Positions 1-14,310 of a stretch of 64,000 nucleotides of DNA are shown here, piece after piece. The notes under the pieces are model-generated. The model did no database searches and was not told the DNA's origin. It saw only the letters and a list, made by a program, of their open reading frames with translations. This DNA is from Eledone cirrhosa (taxonomy: Eukaryota), in NCBI GenBank assembly GCA_964016885.1, contig OZ024761.1:14322001-14386000 (forward strand), given 5' to 3'. How positions within the stretch are numbered: the first letter of the stretch is position 1; each line of letters starts with the position of its first letter. The translations under genes were made by a program, and so were the position numbers.

Positions 1-256
1 TTTCTACAACACCGCAAAATTTGTTTTAAGTAAACAACCAGAAATTTATAAATTCCGAAATTTATAAATTTATTATAATAAATTGAAGTGAAAGCCACTG
101 GTGCGTGTGTTTCTTATTGGCAACATGACCCTCCCAAAGTATAACAATAAAAATTAAAATACGAAACTAAAATGTTATTGTTGTGTGTGTGTGTGTGTGT
201 GTGTGTTAAAACTGCTAGCTTTGTACGAAGAAGATCGTGTCTGTCCGACCCAAAAC

Positions 257-514
257 ATGCTGGTTGTTGTGTTACGCACCTGCCGGTTGCTCTGCTCTGC
301 CGATTCACTGTATCTACGTTGTACTTCAAGTCTGCACTGTACACGTATTTACAACAAAAAGAGACAGGACAACAACAACAATAATAACAATGCTAACGAC
401 GATGATGGTAGTGGGAAAAAGAAAGTTAATTTATATCTGAGTCTTCCCAAAACCAAACTGACCTTAACTCTACGAGATGGAGCGGCAGCTAAAAGAGAGA
501 AGGTCATACAAGAA
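257..514 (+). CDS. IARS2: IARS2 exon 1 (putative transit peptide)
   Basis: ATG at 257; [12 protein letters not shown]...LSLPKTKL...REKVIQE; donor gtaagg at 515, phase 0. The start codon is inferred. Confidence 0.8.
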
Positions 515-3500
515 GTAAGGACCGTGCATAATATTGATTTACCTTTAAAAATATATATATCGTTTCAGCGATCCTCCGTTAATAGATCCGACGTAAACTG
601 CCAGGAAGTCTTCATATTTTAATCACCACTGCCTATAGTAAATAATAGGAAAATAAACGATTCTAGATTGCTCTGTATATGTCGAAAGTTTTATAAATAA
701 CATTACAAATATGTTTTAAATATATACATAAATAACATTACAAATGCATAAATAACCGGTACCTGATTTACGCCTCGGTGTCCTTGACCAGGGTGGCCCA
801 TATTCCTACCCAAAATATTATTTACGATGAATTTTTCAAATGTTTGGGGCCTCATAACTTAACTAGCACAAGGCCTCATTTGTCCTAAATCCAGCACTGT
901 AAATAACATTATAAATTGTTCGCAATTCGTTCAGAAGAACATTACAAATATAATGTCGTTGATAGAAACAAATATAAAAACATAAAATAAAGAGAGAGAG
1001 AAAAAAAACAAAGAAATTAAAAGGGGAGGAGGTGGGACCAAAAACTAAAACGGCCCTCAATTCGCGACATAAAATAATCTCTATTGCACGTGATACATGC
1101 AATGTATCGACAGGAATTTGACTTTATTGTATAAAGGAAAATATTTTAAATTAAATTATATTTGGATAAAGCTTAAATAAAATATTTTTTGTGATAGATT
1201 TTAAACCGTTCGTTTTATTTATTATATTACTGTTATAGTTGCTGGCAGTGATATTTTATACGACTTCCAGGTACAAAGGGTTGTTAACATCGCTTCTACT
1301 TTAAACGAAGGATCCCCCAATTATATATGTGTGTGTGTGTGTGGTTTTATGTGGGTTATTATACCTACTAGAACTTTTTCACACTGAATAATTTGCAGTT
1401 GAATTAAGTAAAAACTTAATGTGATGTAGTCACTTTTCAAGAATGTCTTGTTAATCATCATCATCATCATCATCATCAACGTTTAACGTCCGTGTTCCAC
1501 GCTTGCATGGGTTTGGACGGGGGTAGTCCCACTTGAGGCAAGAGTGATTGTCTTGCTCGCATAGGACTGTCTGGCAGGTTTTCTACAGTTGGATGCCCTT
1601 CCTAACACCAACCACATTTACAGTTAATGTGGGTTATTATGCGAAATGGTTATAGTATATTTACTAGTGGACAGATTATTGAGAAAATTTGCAGTATTAG
1701 TATTAGAGTAAACACTTTAGTTTTTAATGCAATGCAATCATAGTGTTGTTTAGTAGTTTTCAAGAATATCTTGGCTTCATGTAATACATGATGTTTACAG
1801 TTAACCATACCAGCATCCGTTTGTTTAATTTTTAAATTAATTAATTAATTTTTTTTTTGATTTTGTCAGAAAAATAGTTTTTCTACACTTTATGAATGGC
1901 AAAGAAAACAAACTGAAAGAGCTGAGTTTGTCCTCCATGATGGACCTCCATATGCGAATGGATCGTTACATGTAGGACATGCTGTCAACAAAGTAAGTGG
2001 TGTACTAACTGTTACATGTCTCTGTGTCTCTGATTATACTTATCTCAATGTCTCTCCCCTCTCCTTCTCTCTCTCTATATATATATCATCATCATCTTCG
2101 TTTAACATCCATTTTCCACGCTAGCATGGGTTAAATATATATATATATATATATACAATATTAAATAAATGGAAACTATATTTATAAAACCATATTTATT
2201 TCATTATATATATTTCGGGGATATCATATTAACAATATGCTATGCCTTCCTCAGACAAAATACAATATAAACAGTTTTATAGATAAATAGATTCGACATA
2301 CCGTTATAACACCGACTTCCATTTGAAGAGGTTTAAGCTGGCAAATGGAAGTCGGTGTTATAACGGTATGTCGAATCTATTTATCTATAAAACTGTTTAT
2401 ATTGTATTTTGTCTGAGGAAGGCATAGCATATTGTTAATATGATATCCCCGAAATATATATAATGAAATAAATATGGTTTTATAAATATAGTTTTCCATT
2501 TATTTAATATTGTAAATATACTCCAAATATTTGTCGAGTGCTTTTATATCAGTTATAAATATTTACTAGTTGTAACCCAACAATTTTAAATATAACTTTC
2601 CATATCATCATCATCATCATCATCAGGTTTAGCGTCCGTGTTCCACGCTTGCATGGGTTTGGACGGGGGTTTTCCCACTTGAGGCAAGAGTGGTTGTCTT
2701 GCTCGCATAGGACTGTCTGGCGGGTTTTCTACAGTTGGATGCCCTTCCTAACACCAACCACATTTACAGTGTGGGGCTGGGAGGTTTTTACCGTGTTGCC
2801 TACACGGCCACATTTACAGCGTGGACTGTGTGTTTTTTGTCGTGACACCTACACGATCTCATTTGTTTCGGCCTGGATGGTGTGGGACCAACATAACTTT
2901 ACATTGAAAGGGGCGGTGTGGAGGGACGGGGGTGTGTTTTGATAGAGGTGCCTACTGACTGTAGTAGGTTTTTACTTTGTATTTAGGTAAGGCGGGTCTT
3001 CTCTATTACTGAGTACCGCCAAAGGTCTCGGTCCAGTGACATTGTCTTGGAGAGGTGTAAGCGTGTGATATATATATATATATATATCCATTCGTGTGAT
3101 ATATATATATATATATATATATCCATTCAACAAACAAAGAAAGTGTGGTAAGAAACCAGGTGGACCATAATGCACCAGAGAACTCGATACTTAGGGTCGT
3201 AGAGTGGGTAATATGAAAAGAGTCAGGACCCCAACGGCTGGGCTCCGGCCATTTCGGATCTAGTTGTCGGAACAGCCAGAGCTCAGCCATCGGGGTCCTG
3301 ACTCTTTTCATATATCCACTCATCTATCTTTCTATCTACCTAGTTCTCTCTCTCCCTTTCTAATCTCTCTAATTATATATATAACTCAAGACAGATTTGT
3401 TATGTGTGTTGAACAGATTCTAAAAGATATTGTGAACCGACACAAGTTGCTACAGGGATATAGAATTGGTTACCGGCCAGGATGGGATTGTCATGGACTG

Positions 3501-6500
3501 CCCATTGAATTGAAATCTATTAAACAGAAGGACAATGATGTGAAGGAACTTCATCCATTGACCATACGAGATCGAGGTAATTTTTGTGGCTATGTGGTTG
3601 TTAAAAAAAATGAAATTTACAGCTCACACCTATCCAGGTTTAGCTGGCCTTCTATGAGGTATCTCATAGGAGGTTTCTTGTGTGTTTTAATAAGGTACCC
3701 AAGTCTTCCCTCTATCTCTCTCTCTATATATATATAAGTTTATCCGGGGTTCAAACGGGGGTAACCACAGTAAGTAAGGTACTCAATACATAGCAGAGTA
3801 TAAATATTTAATATAGAAATGGCTTCTACAGGACTAGAGCTGTTTCATTCAGGAGAAATCATCAGGGCTTCCTGATGATTTCTCCTGAATGAAACCGTTC
3901 TAGTCCTGTAGAAGCTATATATATATATATATAAGAATAACATTAAGAAAGATGTTATCCTTATACTGAATCTCCATCGTAACTACACACTACGAATGTA
4001 GAGCGCTTTCTCCTGCTTACTTCATCTTTGTAGTAATTTCACACCAAAAATCAGAAGTATCATGGTTCTTTCAGTTTTATGCAAAAGTGTGGCTCTAATT
4101 TCTATCTGTTTAACCCTTTAGCATTTAAACTGGCTATATTGTATCTGGCCAGAATTTTCTGACCTCTTTCTGTTCAAACCAGCTCTAATCGGATGCACAT
4201 ACTGATGTTAAGAGATTGTTCTCAAAATAAATAATATTAAAATCATAGATTCAATATCATGTAAGATAATTATGTGAGGTACAGCCTTTACAATGAAAAT
4301 ATAATAGTATATATAGAGTAATGTAAATACTATGTGAGGTAAAGCCTTTACTGTGAAAATGCAATAGTATATATAGAGTAATGTAAATACTATGTGAGGT
4401 AAAGCCTTTACTGTGAAAATGCAATAGTATATATAGAGTAATGTAAATGTTATGTGAGGTAAAGCCTTTACTGTGAAAATGCAATAGTATATATAGAATA
4501 ATGTAAATACTATATGAGATATTATGTAACATAAAGCCTTTACTGTGAAAATACAATAGTAAATATAGAGTAATGTAAATCCTATATGAGATATTATGTA
4601 ACACAAAGCCTTTACTGTGAAAATACAATAGTATATATAGAGTAATGTAAATACTAAATGGTTAAATAACACTGTTCATCCTCAGTATATCAAATTATAC
4701 TTCTATGACTTATTTCTAGCAGGACAACTGACCACATAGAAGCTCACATTGGTTCATGATGTCTTAACTTGTTTGTCTTCGTTATTTTGTTATGTTGTAG
4801 TGCACCTGAGCACTGTACACAATAATTTCATTATTATTATTATTATTTTTACAGCCCGAAAGTTTGCCAAAGGGGCCATCAAACATCAAAAAGCCACATT
4901 CAAACGTTGGGGTATTTTAGGGGACTGGAACAGACCTTATTTAACTATGGATCCCCAGTATTCCAGCAACCAGATCAATGTCTTTTATAAACTTTACCAG
5001 AAGGTCAGTTGTTCTATATATATATATATATAAACATGGTACCACAACAACAAAAGCCTCCAGTTCACCATGTAAGGTGGGTTGTGTTGGTGCCACAATA
5101 ACAAAAGCCTCCAGTCCACCATGTAAGGTGGGTTGTGTTGGTGCCATAACAACAAAAACCTCCAGTTCACCATGTAAGGTGGGTTGTGTTGGTGTCACAA
5201 CAACAAAAGCCTCCAGTCCACCATGTAAGGTGGGTTGTGTTGGTGCCATAACAACAAAAACCTCCAGTTCACCATGTAAGGTGGGTTGTGTTGGTGACAT
5301 GACAACAAAAGCCTCCAGTCCACCATGTAAGGTGGGTTGTGTTGGTGCCATAACAACAAAAGCCTCCAGTCCACCATGTAAGGTGGGTTGTGTTGGTGCC
5401 ACAATAACAAAAGCCTCCAGTCCACCATGTAAGGTGGGTTGTGTTGGTGACACAACAACAAAAGCACCCAGTTCACCATGTAAAGTCGGTTGTGTTGGTG
5501 ACATGACAACAAAAGCCTCCAGTCCACCATGTAAGGTGGGTTGTGTTGGTGCCATAACAACAAAAGCCTCCAGTCCACCATGTAAGGTGGGTTGTGTTGG
5601 TGACACAACAAAAAGCACATAAAACACATACATACGCATATATACACACATACACAAACACACTTTCACATGCATATACACACACACAGCTTGGAAAAGC
5701 AAGCATAAAATGCTGTAAGTGATAGCATTATTAGGGCAGTGGATTGGCAGAATCGGTAGAGCGTTGGACAACATGCTTTGTGGCATTTAGTTACATCTCT
5801 TTACGTTCTGAGTTCAAATCTTGCCGAGGTTAGCTTTGCCTTTCATCCTTACGGGGGTCGATAAATTAAAGTACCAGTAATGTGCTGGGGTTGATTTAAT
5901 CGACTTTCCCCTCCCCCAAAATTGTTAACATTGTGCCTAAATCAGAAACCATTATGTTAAAATATGTCTCAATATTACTTGCAGGGTCTAATTTACCAGG
6001 ATTTCATGCCTGTCTATTGGTCCCCTTCTTCTAGGTAATACCATTTTGCTGCTACTCCTTTTTAAACATTGATTCCATTTATTCCTCTTCTGTCTCTTTT
6101 CTGATGAAGGACTGACGTAAAAAACATCAATATTCTTTTCCTACTGTATCAAGCATTAAACTGATGTGTATATATATATATATCATCATCATCATCATTT
6201 CATTTTACGTCCGCTTTTCCCTGCTTGCAAGGGTGGGACGGGAACTGATTCTGGCTTGATTTCTACAGCTGGATGCCCTTCCTAACACCAACCTCATTTA
6301 CAGTGAGTGCTGGGTGCTTTTTTTTCCGTGGCACCTCCACAACCACTTTTCAGTGGAATGATAGGGACCCCAGTCCCTATCATCTCATTTCTACAGCTGA
6401 GTAAACTGGAGCAATGTGAAATAAAATGTCTTGCTCAAGGAAACAACACATCACCCAGTCTGAGAATTGAACTCACAACCTTTGGTTTGCAAAGCCAATG

Positions 6501-9500
6501 CTCTAACCACTAAGCCGTGTGCCTCCATATATATATATATACATATGTATAAAATCTTCTGTTGACTTGACCTTATATCTTTCTCTCTATCTTTCCAGAA
6601 CGGCTCTGGCTGAGTCCGAACTCGTCTATAACCCCGGGCATGTCAGCAAGTCACTATGGCTTACCTTTGATGCTGTCACGATACCGAACAGACTGATACA
6701 ACTCAGCGAAGGTATGTAGTTTCAGCTATGTGTTGTTACTATAGCTACTGCTGATACTTTGAAATTAAGGCATAGCTGTGAGGTTAACCCTTGAAACAGC
6801 CCCTAGTTCTTTAATACAAAACTATTAATTTAAAAGTATTAATCATCATCATCATCATCATTTAATGTCCATTCTCCCATACTGGTATGGATTGGACAAG
6901 TGGGGAAGTGTCATCACGGGCCCTGTCAGTACTTAATCAGAGCCACTGACTGCTCAGATGGGCTGGGAGCCTGCATCTAGCTTACATACCTCTGAGCACT
7001 TGACAGAGTGTACTGGATACCAGTTAAAAACATCCCTTTATAATTTCATGTAAAAACCTTTACTAAATTGTGTTTCAAACACCATCATCATCATCATTTT
7101 TCATTGTTAAAAAAATTATTAGTTAAAATTTATTCTGCTAACTACAGATTGAACCATTAAATACAGATTAACCCTTTAGCATTTACATTACTCTATATAT
7201 ATACTATTGTATTTTTGTGGTAAAGGCTTTACCTCACATAACATTTACATTGCTCTATATATACTATTGTATTTCTGTGGTAAAGGCTTGATCTTACATA
7301 ATTATCTCACATAATATCGAACCTATGAGATTTTAATATTATTTATTTTGAGAACAATACCTTAACATCAGTATGAGTGGCCATTTACAGCTGGTTTGAA
7401 CAGAAAGAGGTGAGAGAATTCTAACTGGATATGGCTGGTTTAAATGCTAAAGGGTTAAACCATTATCTACAGGTTGAACCACTAACTACAGGTTGAACCA
7501 CTAACTACAGGTTGAACCACTAAATACAGGTTGAACCACTAAATACAGGTTGAACCACTAAATACAGGTTGAACCATTAAATACAGGTTGAACCACTAAC
7601 TACAGGTTGAACCACTAAATACAGGTTGAACCACTAAATACAGGTTGAACCACTAACTACAGGTTGAACCATTAAATACAGGTTGAACCACTAACTACAG
7701 GTTGAACCACTAAATACAGGTTGAACCACTAACTACAGGTTGAACCATTAAATACAGGTTGAACCACTAACTACAGGTTGAACCACTAACTACAGGTTGA
7801 ACCACTAACTACAGGTTGAACCACTAAATACAGGTTGAACCACTAACTACAGGTTGAACCACTAAATACAGGTTGAACCATTAAATACAGGTTGAACCAC
7901 TAACTACAGGTTGAACCACTAACTACAGGTTGAACCATTAACTACAGGTTGAACCATTAAATACAGGTTGAACCACTAACTACAGGTTGAACCACTAACT
8001 ACAGGTTGAACCACTAACTACAGGTTGAACCACTAACTACAGGTTGAACCACTAAATACAGGTTGAACCACTAACTACAGGTTGAACCACTAAATACAGG
8101 TTGAACCACTAAATACAGGTTGAACCACTAACTACAGGTTGAACCACTAAATACAGGTTGAACCACTAAATACAGGTTGAACCACTAAATACAGGTTGAA
8201 CCACTAACTACAGGTTGAACCACTAAATACAGGTTGAACCACTAACTACAGGTTGAACCACTAAATACAGGTTGAACCACTAACTACAGGTTGAACCACT
8301 AAATACAGGTTGAACCACTAAATACAGGTTGAACCACTAACTACAGGTTGAACCACTAAATACAGGTTGAACCACTAACTACAGGTTGAACCACTAAATA
8401 CAGGTTGAACCACTAACTACAGGTTGAACCACTAAATACAGGTTGAACCACTAACTACAGGTTGAACCACTAAATACAGGTTGAACCACTAACTACAGGT
8501 TGAACCACTAAATACAGGTTGAACCACTAACTACAGGTTGAACCACTAAATACAGGTTGAACCACTAAATACAGGTTGAACCACTAACTACAGGTTGAAC
8601 CACTAAATACAGGTTGAACCACTAACTACAGGTTGAACCACTAAATACAGGTTGAACCACTAACTACAGGTTGAACCACTAACTACAGGTTGAACCACTA
8701 AATACAGGTTGAACCACTAAATACAGGTTGAACCACTAACTACAGGTTGAACCACTAAATACAGGTTGAACCACTAACTACAGGTTGAACCACTAAATAC
8801 AGGTTGAACCACTAACTACAGGTTGAACCACTAAATACAGGTTGAATCACTAAATACAGGTTGAACCACTAAATACAGGTTGAACCACTAACTACAGGTT
8901 GAACCACTAACTACAGGTTGAACCATTAAATACAGGTTGAACCACTAACTACAGGTTGAACCATTAAATACAGGTTGAACCACTAAATACAGGTTGAACC
9001 ACTAACTACAGGTTGAACCATTAAATACAGGTTGAACCACTAAATACAGGTTGAATCACTAAATACAGGTTGAACCACTAACTACAGGTTGAATCACTAA
9101 ATACAGGTTGAACCATTAAATACAGGTTGAACCACTAACTACAGGTTGAACCACTAACTACAGGTTGAACCACTAACTACAGGTTGAACCACTAACTACA
9201 GGTTGAACCACTAAATACAGGTTGAATCACTAAATACAGGTTGAACCACTAACTACAGGTTGAACCACTAAATACAGGTTGAACCACTAACTACAGGTTG
9301 AACCACTAAATACAGGTTGAATCACTAAATACAGGTTGAACCACTAACTACAGGTTGAACCACTAAATACAGGTTGAATCACTAAATACAGGTTGAACCA
9401 CTAACTACAGGTTGAACCACTAAATACAGGTTGAACCACTAACTACAGGTTGAACCACTAACTACAGGTTGAACCACTAAATACAGGTTGAACCACTAAA

Positions 9501-12500
9501 TACAGGTTGAACCACTAACTACAGGTTGAACCACTAACTACAGGTTGAACCACTAAATACAGGTTGAACCACTAAATACAGGTTGAACCACTAAATACAG
9601 GTTGGACCACTAACTACAGGTTGAACCATTAAATACAGGTTGGACCACTAAATACAGGTTGGACCACTAACTACAGATCCTACCACTAAATACAGGTTGA
9701 ACCACTAACTACAGGTTGAACCACTAAATACAGGTTGAACCACTAAATACAGGTTGAACCACTAAATACAGGTTGAACCACTAAATACAGGTTGAACCAC
9801 TAAATACAGGTTGAACCACTAACTACAGGTTGAACCACTAAATACAGGTTGAACCACTAAATACAGGTTGAACCACTAAATACAGGTTGGACCACTAACT
9901 ACAGGTTGAACCATTAAATACAGGTTGGACCACTAAATACAGGTTGGACCACTAACTACAGATCCTACCACTAAATACAGGTTGAACCACTAACTACAGG
10001 TTGAACCACTAAATACAGGTTGAACCACTAAATACAGGTTGAACCACTAAATACAGGTTGAACCACTAAATACAGGTTGAACCACTAAATACAGGTTGAA
10101 CCACTAACTACAGGTTGAACCACTAAATACAGGTTGAACCACTAAATACAGGTTGAACCACTAAATACAGGTTGAACCACTAAATACAGGTTGAACCACT
10201 AAATACAGGTTGAACCACTAAATACAGGTTGAACCACTAAATACAGGTTGAACCACTAAATACAGGTTGAACCACTAAATACAGGTTGAACCACTAACTA
10301 CAGGTTGAACCACTAAATACAGGTTGAACCACTAAATACAGGTTGAACCACTAAATACAGGTTGAACCACTAAATACAGGTTGAACCACTAAATACAGGT
10401 TGAACCACTAACTACATATTATAGTGAGAAAGGTCCTTCCAATAACATGTCTCCTTATTTCCTCTTTCTAAGGTAAAATACTGAAGAAGCCAGTTAAATT
10501 AGTAGTCTGGACCACTACACCATGGACAATACCAGCAAACCAAGCCATTTGTGTTGGCTCACACATCAAGTATGTCACTGTCTCAGTTTCTTAACACTTT
10601 CATTACCATATTTCTAATGAAAGACACTGTCTATGTCATTAACCCTTTCATTAACATATTTCTAATGAAAGACACTGTCTATGTCATTAACCCTTTCATT
10701 ACCATATTTCTAATGAAAGACACTGTCTATGTCATTAACCCTTTCATTACCATATTTCTAATGAAAGACACTGTCTATGTCATTAACCCTTTCATTACCA
10801 TATTTCTAATGAAAGACACTGTCTATGTCATTAACCCTGTCATTACCATATTTCTAACGAAAGACATTGCCTATGATTTACAAACAATTTTGAAAAATAA
10901 TCAAGAATTTGGAGGGATTTAGTAATGTAACTCACTTTCTCATCATTAAACTTGTTTGGAACATAACTTAACAAAGGTTCTTACATAAAATCATGATGGA
11001 AGCTTCTTAGATAAATATAAACTCTTTAATCCTTTTGTTACCATATTTCTGATAAAAGAAACTGCTGATAATTTTGAAATAATTTTGAAAATAATCAAGT
11101 GTTTTGAGAGATTTAGTAAAATGCTAAAGGATTAAATTAGACAGGGAGGAGGAGGCTACTAGTGTAGGAGAATTACCTTACTCATCACTGTTGTTATTAG
11201 CACCAGTAACGTACTGGGGTCGATTTAATCGACTTTCTCCTCCCCCCCAAATTACTGGCCTTGTGCCTATACTAGAAATCATTATTGAAACTAAAAATGT
11301 TTCTTTCTCTCTTTGCTTCATGTTTACCAGATACAGCTGTGTAGAGACTGCCAACGCCATCTATATATGCTGTGAGGACTTTGTACCAGATCTTACTGAC
11401 ATGTTAAACTCTCCTACTGATGTATCACTGGCTTTTGAAGGTGAGCTTACTTCGGTGTCTTCCAAGTAGTCTTGTTGGATACACAAACAGATACTGTACA
11501 CACAGGATACATTAAAGCTCCGACGCCTGGCAACTGACTTGGTAAAAACCCACAAGATCATCAGCTATTGCTTAAATTAAATGATAATATGAGGTCAGAG
11601 GCATGTTTAATTTATGGTACAGTTGTTTCATAAAACCTAGTTTGCCAAATGTGTCCTAACAAGATTATTAACCATCTTTCCAACAACAACCCTGAGCACC
11701 ATTTTGAATTCCAAATTCTATGTGTCTAACACCCATGGACATTCTTACAAAATCAGAAAACAGCACAGCTCCCATGACTTTCTGAAACATTTTTTCCATG
11801 CTCAGAATTGCTGAAGCATGGAACAAACTGCCTGTTATTAGCTGTCGGGACACTGCATCCTTCAAAACTTCCATGCTTCCCAAAATTCACCATCACTACT
11901 ACTACTAGTACTACCACCATCACTACCACTACTACTAACACCACAACTACTATTATTGTTAATCTTAGGTACAGCGATGTCGACAATGACATACAGACAT
12001 CCTCTCAACCAAGAAGAGCTGCCAGTCTACTCAGCCAATCATGTGACATCAACAAAGGGAACCGGGCTTGTCCACACAGCACCGGCCCATGGACATGACG
12101 ATTTCCACGTTGCTATAGAGCATGGAATGGCTATTGTAAGTACTGACCACATAAACATACATGCACACCAGTTACGGTCACACATGGGGGACTCTAACAT
12201 ACACATGCATATTCAGTCAGCCATCTTGGAAAGTGATATCTATATATCTATATATATATATATGTGGAGGCGCATGGCTTAGTGGTTAGAGCATTGGCCT
12301 TGCAATCGAAAGGTTGTGAGTTCAATTCTCAGACCGGGTGATGTGTTGTTTCCTTGAGCAAGACACTTTATTTCACATTGCTCCAGTTTACTCAGCTGTA
12401 GAAATGAGATGATAGGGACTGGGGTCCCTATCATTCCATGGCATAAAAAGCATCCAGCACTCACTGTAAATGAGGTTGGTGTTAGGAAGGGCATCCAGCT

Positions 12501-14273
12501 GTAGAAATGAAGCCAAAATCAGTTCCTGTCCCACCCTTGCAAGCAGGGAAAAGTGGACATAAAATGATGATGATGATATATATATATAAATAGTCGTTTT
12601 GGAAGCCTCAACAATGCAGATGGGTAAATCTCCGAGTAACAGAATCAGGTGATAATGAGAGAGATGTAGGAGGAAGTGTAGAAAGAAACGTAGAGAGCAT
12701 AAAGGAATGTAGGAAAAGTGTAAAAAATAACAATACGAAATAGAGTTACCTTGGAAGTGATTTAATTGTCCCTATATTTCGGATTTTGCATCCATCAACT
12801 GGTAGTTTTTCGAGAGGAAAAATGTTATATCGGAGAGGGACAACATGTGGCCTTCGCTGTTTACCGTATATGTGTGTATATTTTATATACACACACATAT
12901 ATATGTACTTTTATATTAGTCAATCAAATTTCAAACCAGCTAGATATTCACACTTTATTTCATATTTTCACAAGTACTTTCATATCTTCTCAGACTTTCT
13001 TCAGGGAAATCTTGACATATCTATATTATTTTGGTGAATATTAGTATAGCAACAATATCTAGGTGACATTAGTGCAGTTAAAAGGAGATAATCTATTAAC
13101 ACTTTAACATTTAAACTGGCCATATCCGGCCAGAATTCTCTCACCTCTTTCTGTTTAAACTGGCCATAACCAGTTGCTCATACTGACATTATGGTATTGT
13201 TCTTAAAATAAATAATATCAAAATCTTGTAGATTCGATATTATGTAAGATAATTATGTGAGTTAAGTGTTTACTGTGAAAACACAATAGTATATATAGAG
13301 TAATATGGTTATACATTATTGTTATGTTGTTATACATTTTTTATATTTTATAAGTGGATGATAATTTTTACGTCAAGTACATACGATAAGAGGAGGTAAT
13401 CTATAGCTTAGTCTCAAGAACTACAGAATACATCAATTTAACTTGAATTGACGGCTGAGCTATTGTTGTTTCGACAGCTAATTCCTGACTCAGTCTAGAA
13501 TTAGCTGTTGAAATGGTGAGAGCTCAGCCATCAGGCCTCAACTGTTTTTAATATCATCATTCATTCATCATTTCATTTTACGTCCGCTTTTTCCTGCTTG
13601 CAAGGGTGGGACAGGAACTGATTCTGGCTTGATTTCTACAGCTGGATGCCCTTCCTAACACCAACCTCATTTACAGTGAGTGCTGGGTGCTTTTTTGCCG
13701 TGGCACCTCCACGACCACTTTACAGTGGAATGATAGGGACCCCATTCCCTATCATCTCATTTCTACAGTTGAGTAAACTGAAGCAATGTGAAATAAGTAT
13801 CTTGCTCAAGGAAATAACATATATATATATATATTCCTATTTTCCACTCTACTACCCTAAGTATTGAGTACTCTGGTGCGTTATGGTCCATCTGGATCCT
13901 TACCACAATTCCTTTGTTATATATATATATCATCATCATCATCATCGTTTAACGTCCATCTTCCACGCTTGCATGGGTTTGGACGGGAGTTTTCCCACTT
14001 GAGGCAAGAGTGGTTGTCTTGCTCGCATAGGACTGTCTGGCGGGTTTTCTACGGCTGGATGCCCTTCCTAACACCAACCACGTTTACAGTGTGGGGCTGG
14101 GAGGTTTTTACCGTGTTACCTACACGGCCACATTACAGCATGGACTGTGTGTTTTTGTCGTACACCTACACGACCTCATTTGTTTCGGACTGGATGTTGT
14201 GGTACCAACATAACTTTACATTGAAAGGGGTGGTGTGGATGAGGTGGGGGTAGTGCGACGGGGTGTATTTTGT

Positions 14274-14310
<37 letters not shown>

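Noticed and set aside
4941-5786. 281-aa and 214-aa repetitive ORFs
   Set aside because: Products of the 57-bp intronic minisatellite, whose unit length is a multiple of 3
6095-6140. ctgatga...aaaa possible hammerhead
   Set aside because: GAAA is absent and stems I and III are not convincing
12266-12340. tRNA gene (also at 6455-6526, 20010-20079 and 32578-32650)
   Set aside because: A and B boxes are present, but the sequence runs into a SINE body and RTE tail without a proper acceptor stem
12765-12805. Minus-strand ttgatg-gatgcaaaatcc-gaaa hammerhead-like string
   Set aside because: The core deviates from CUGANGA and no UH or stem I can be placed
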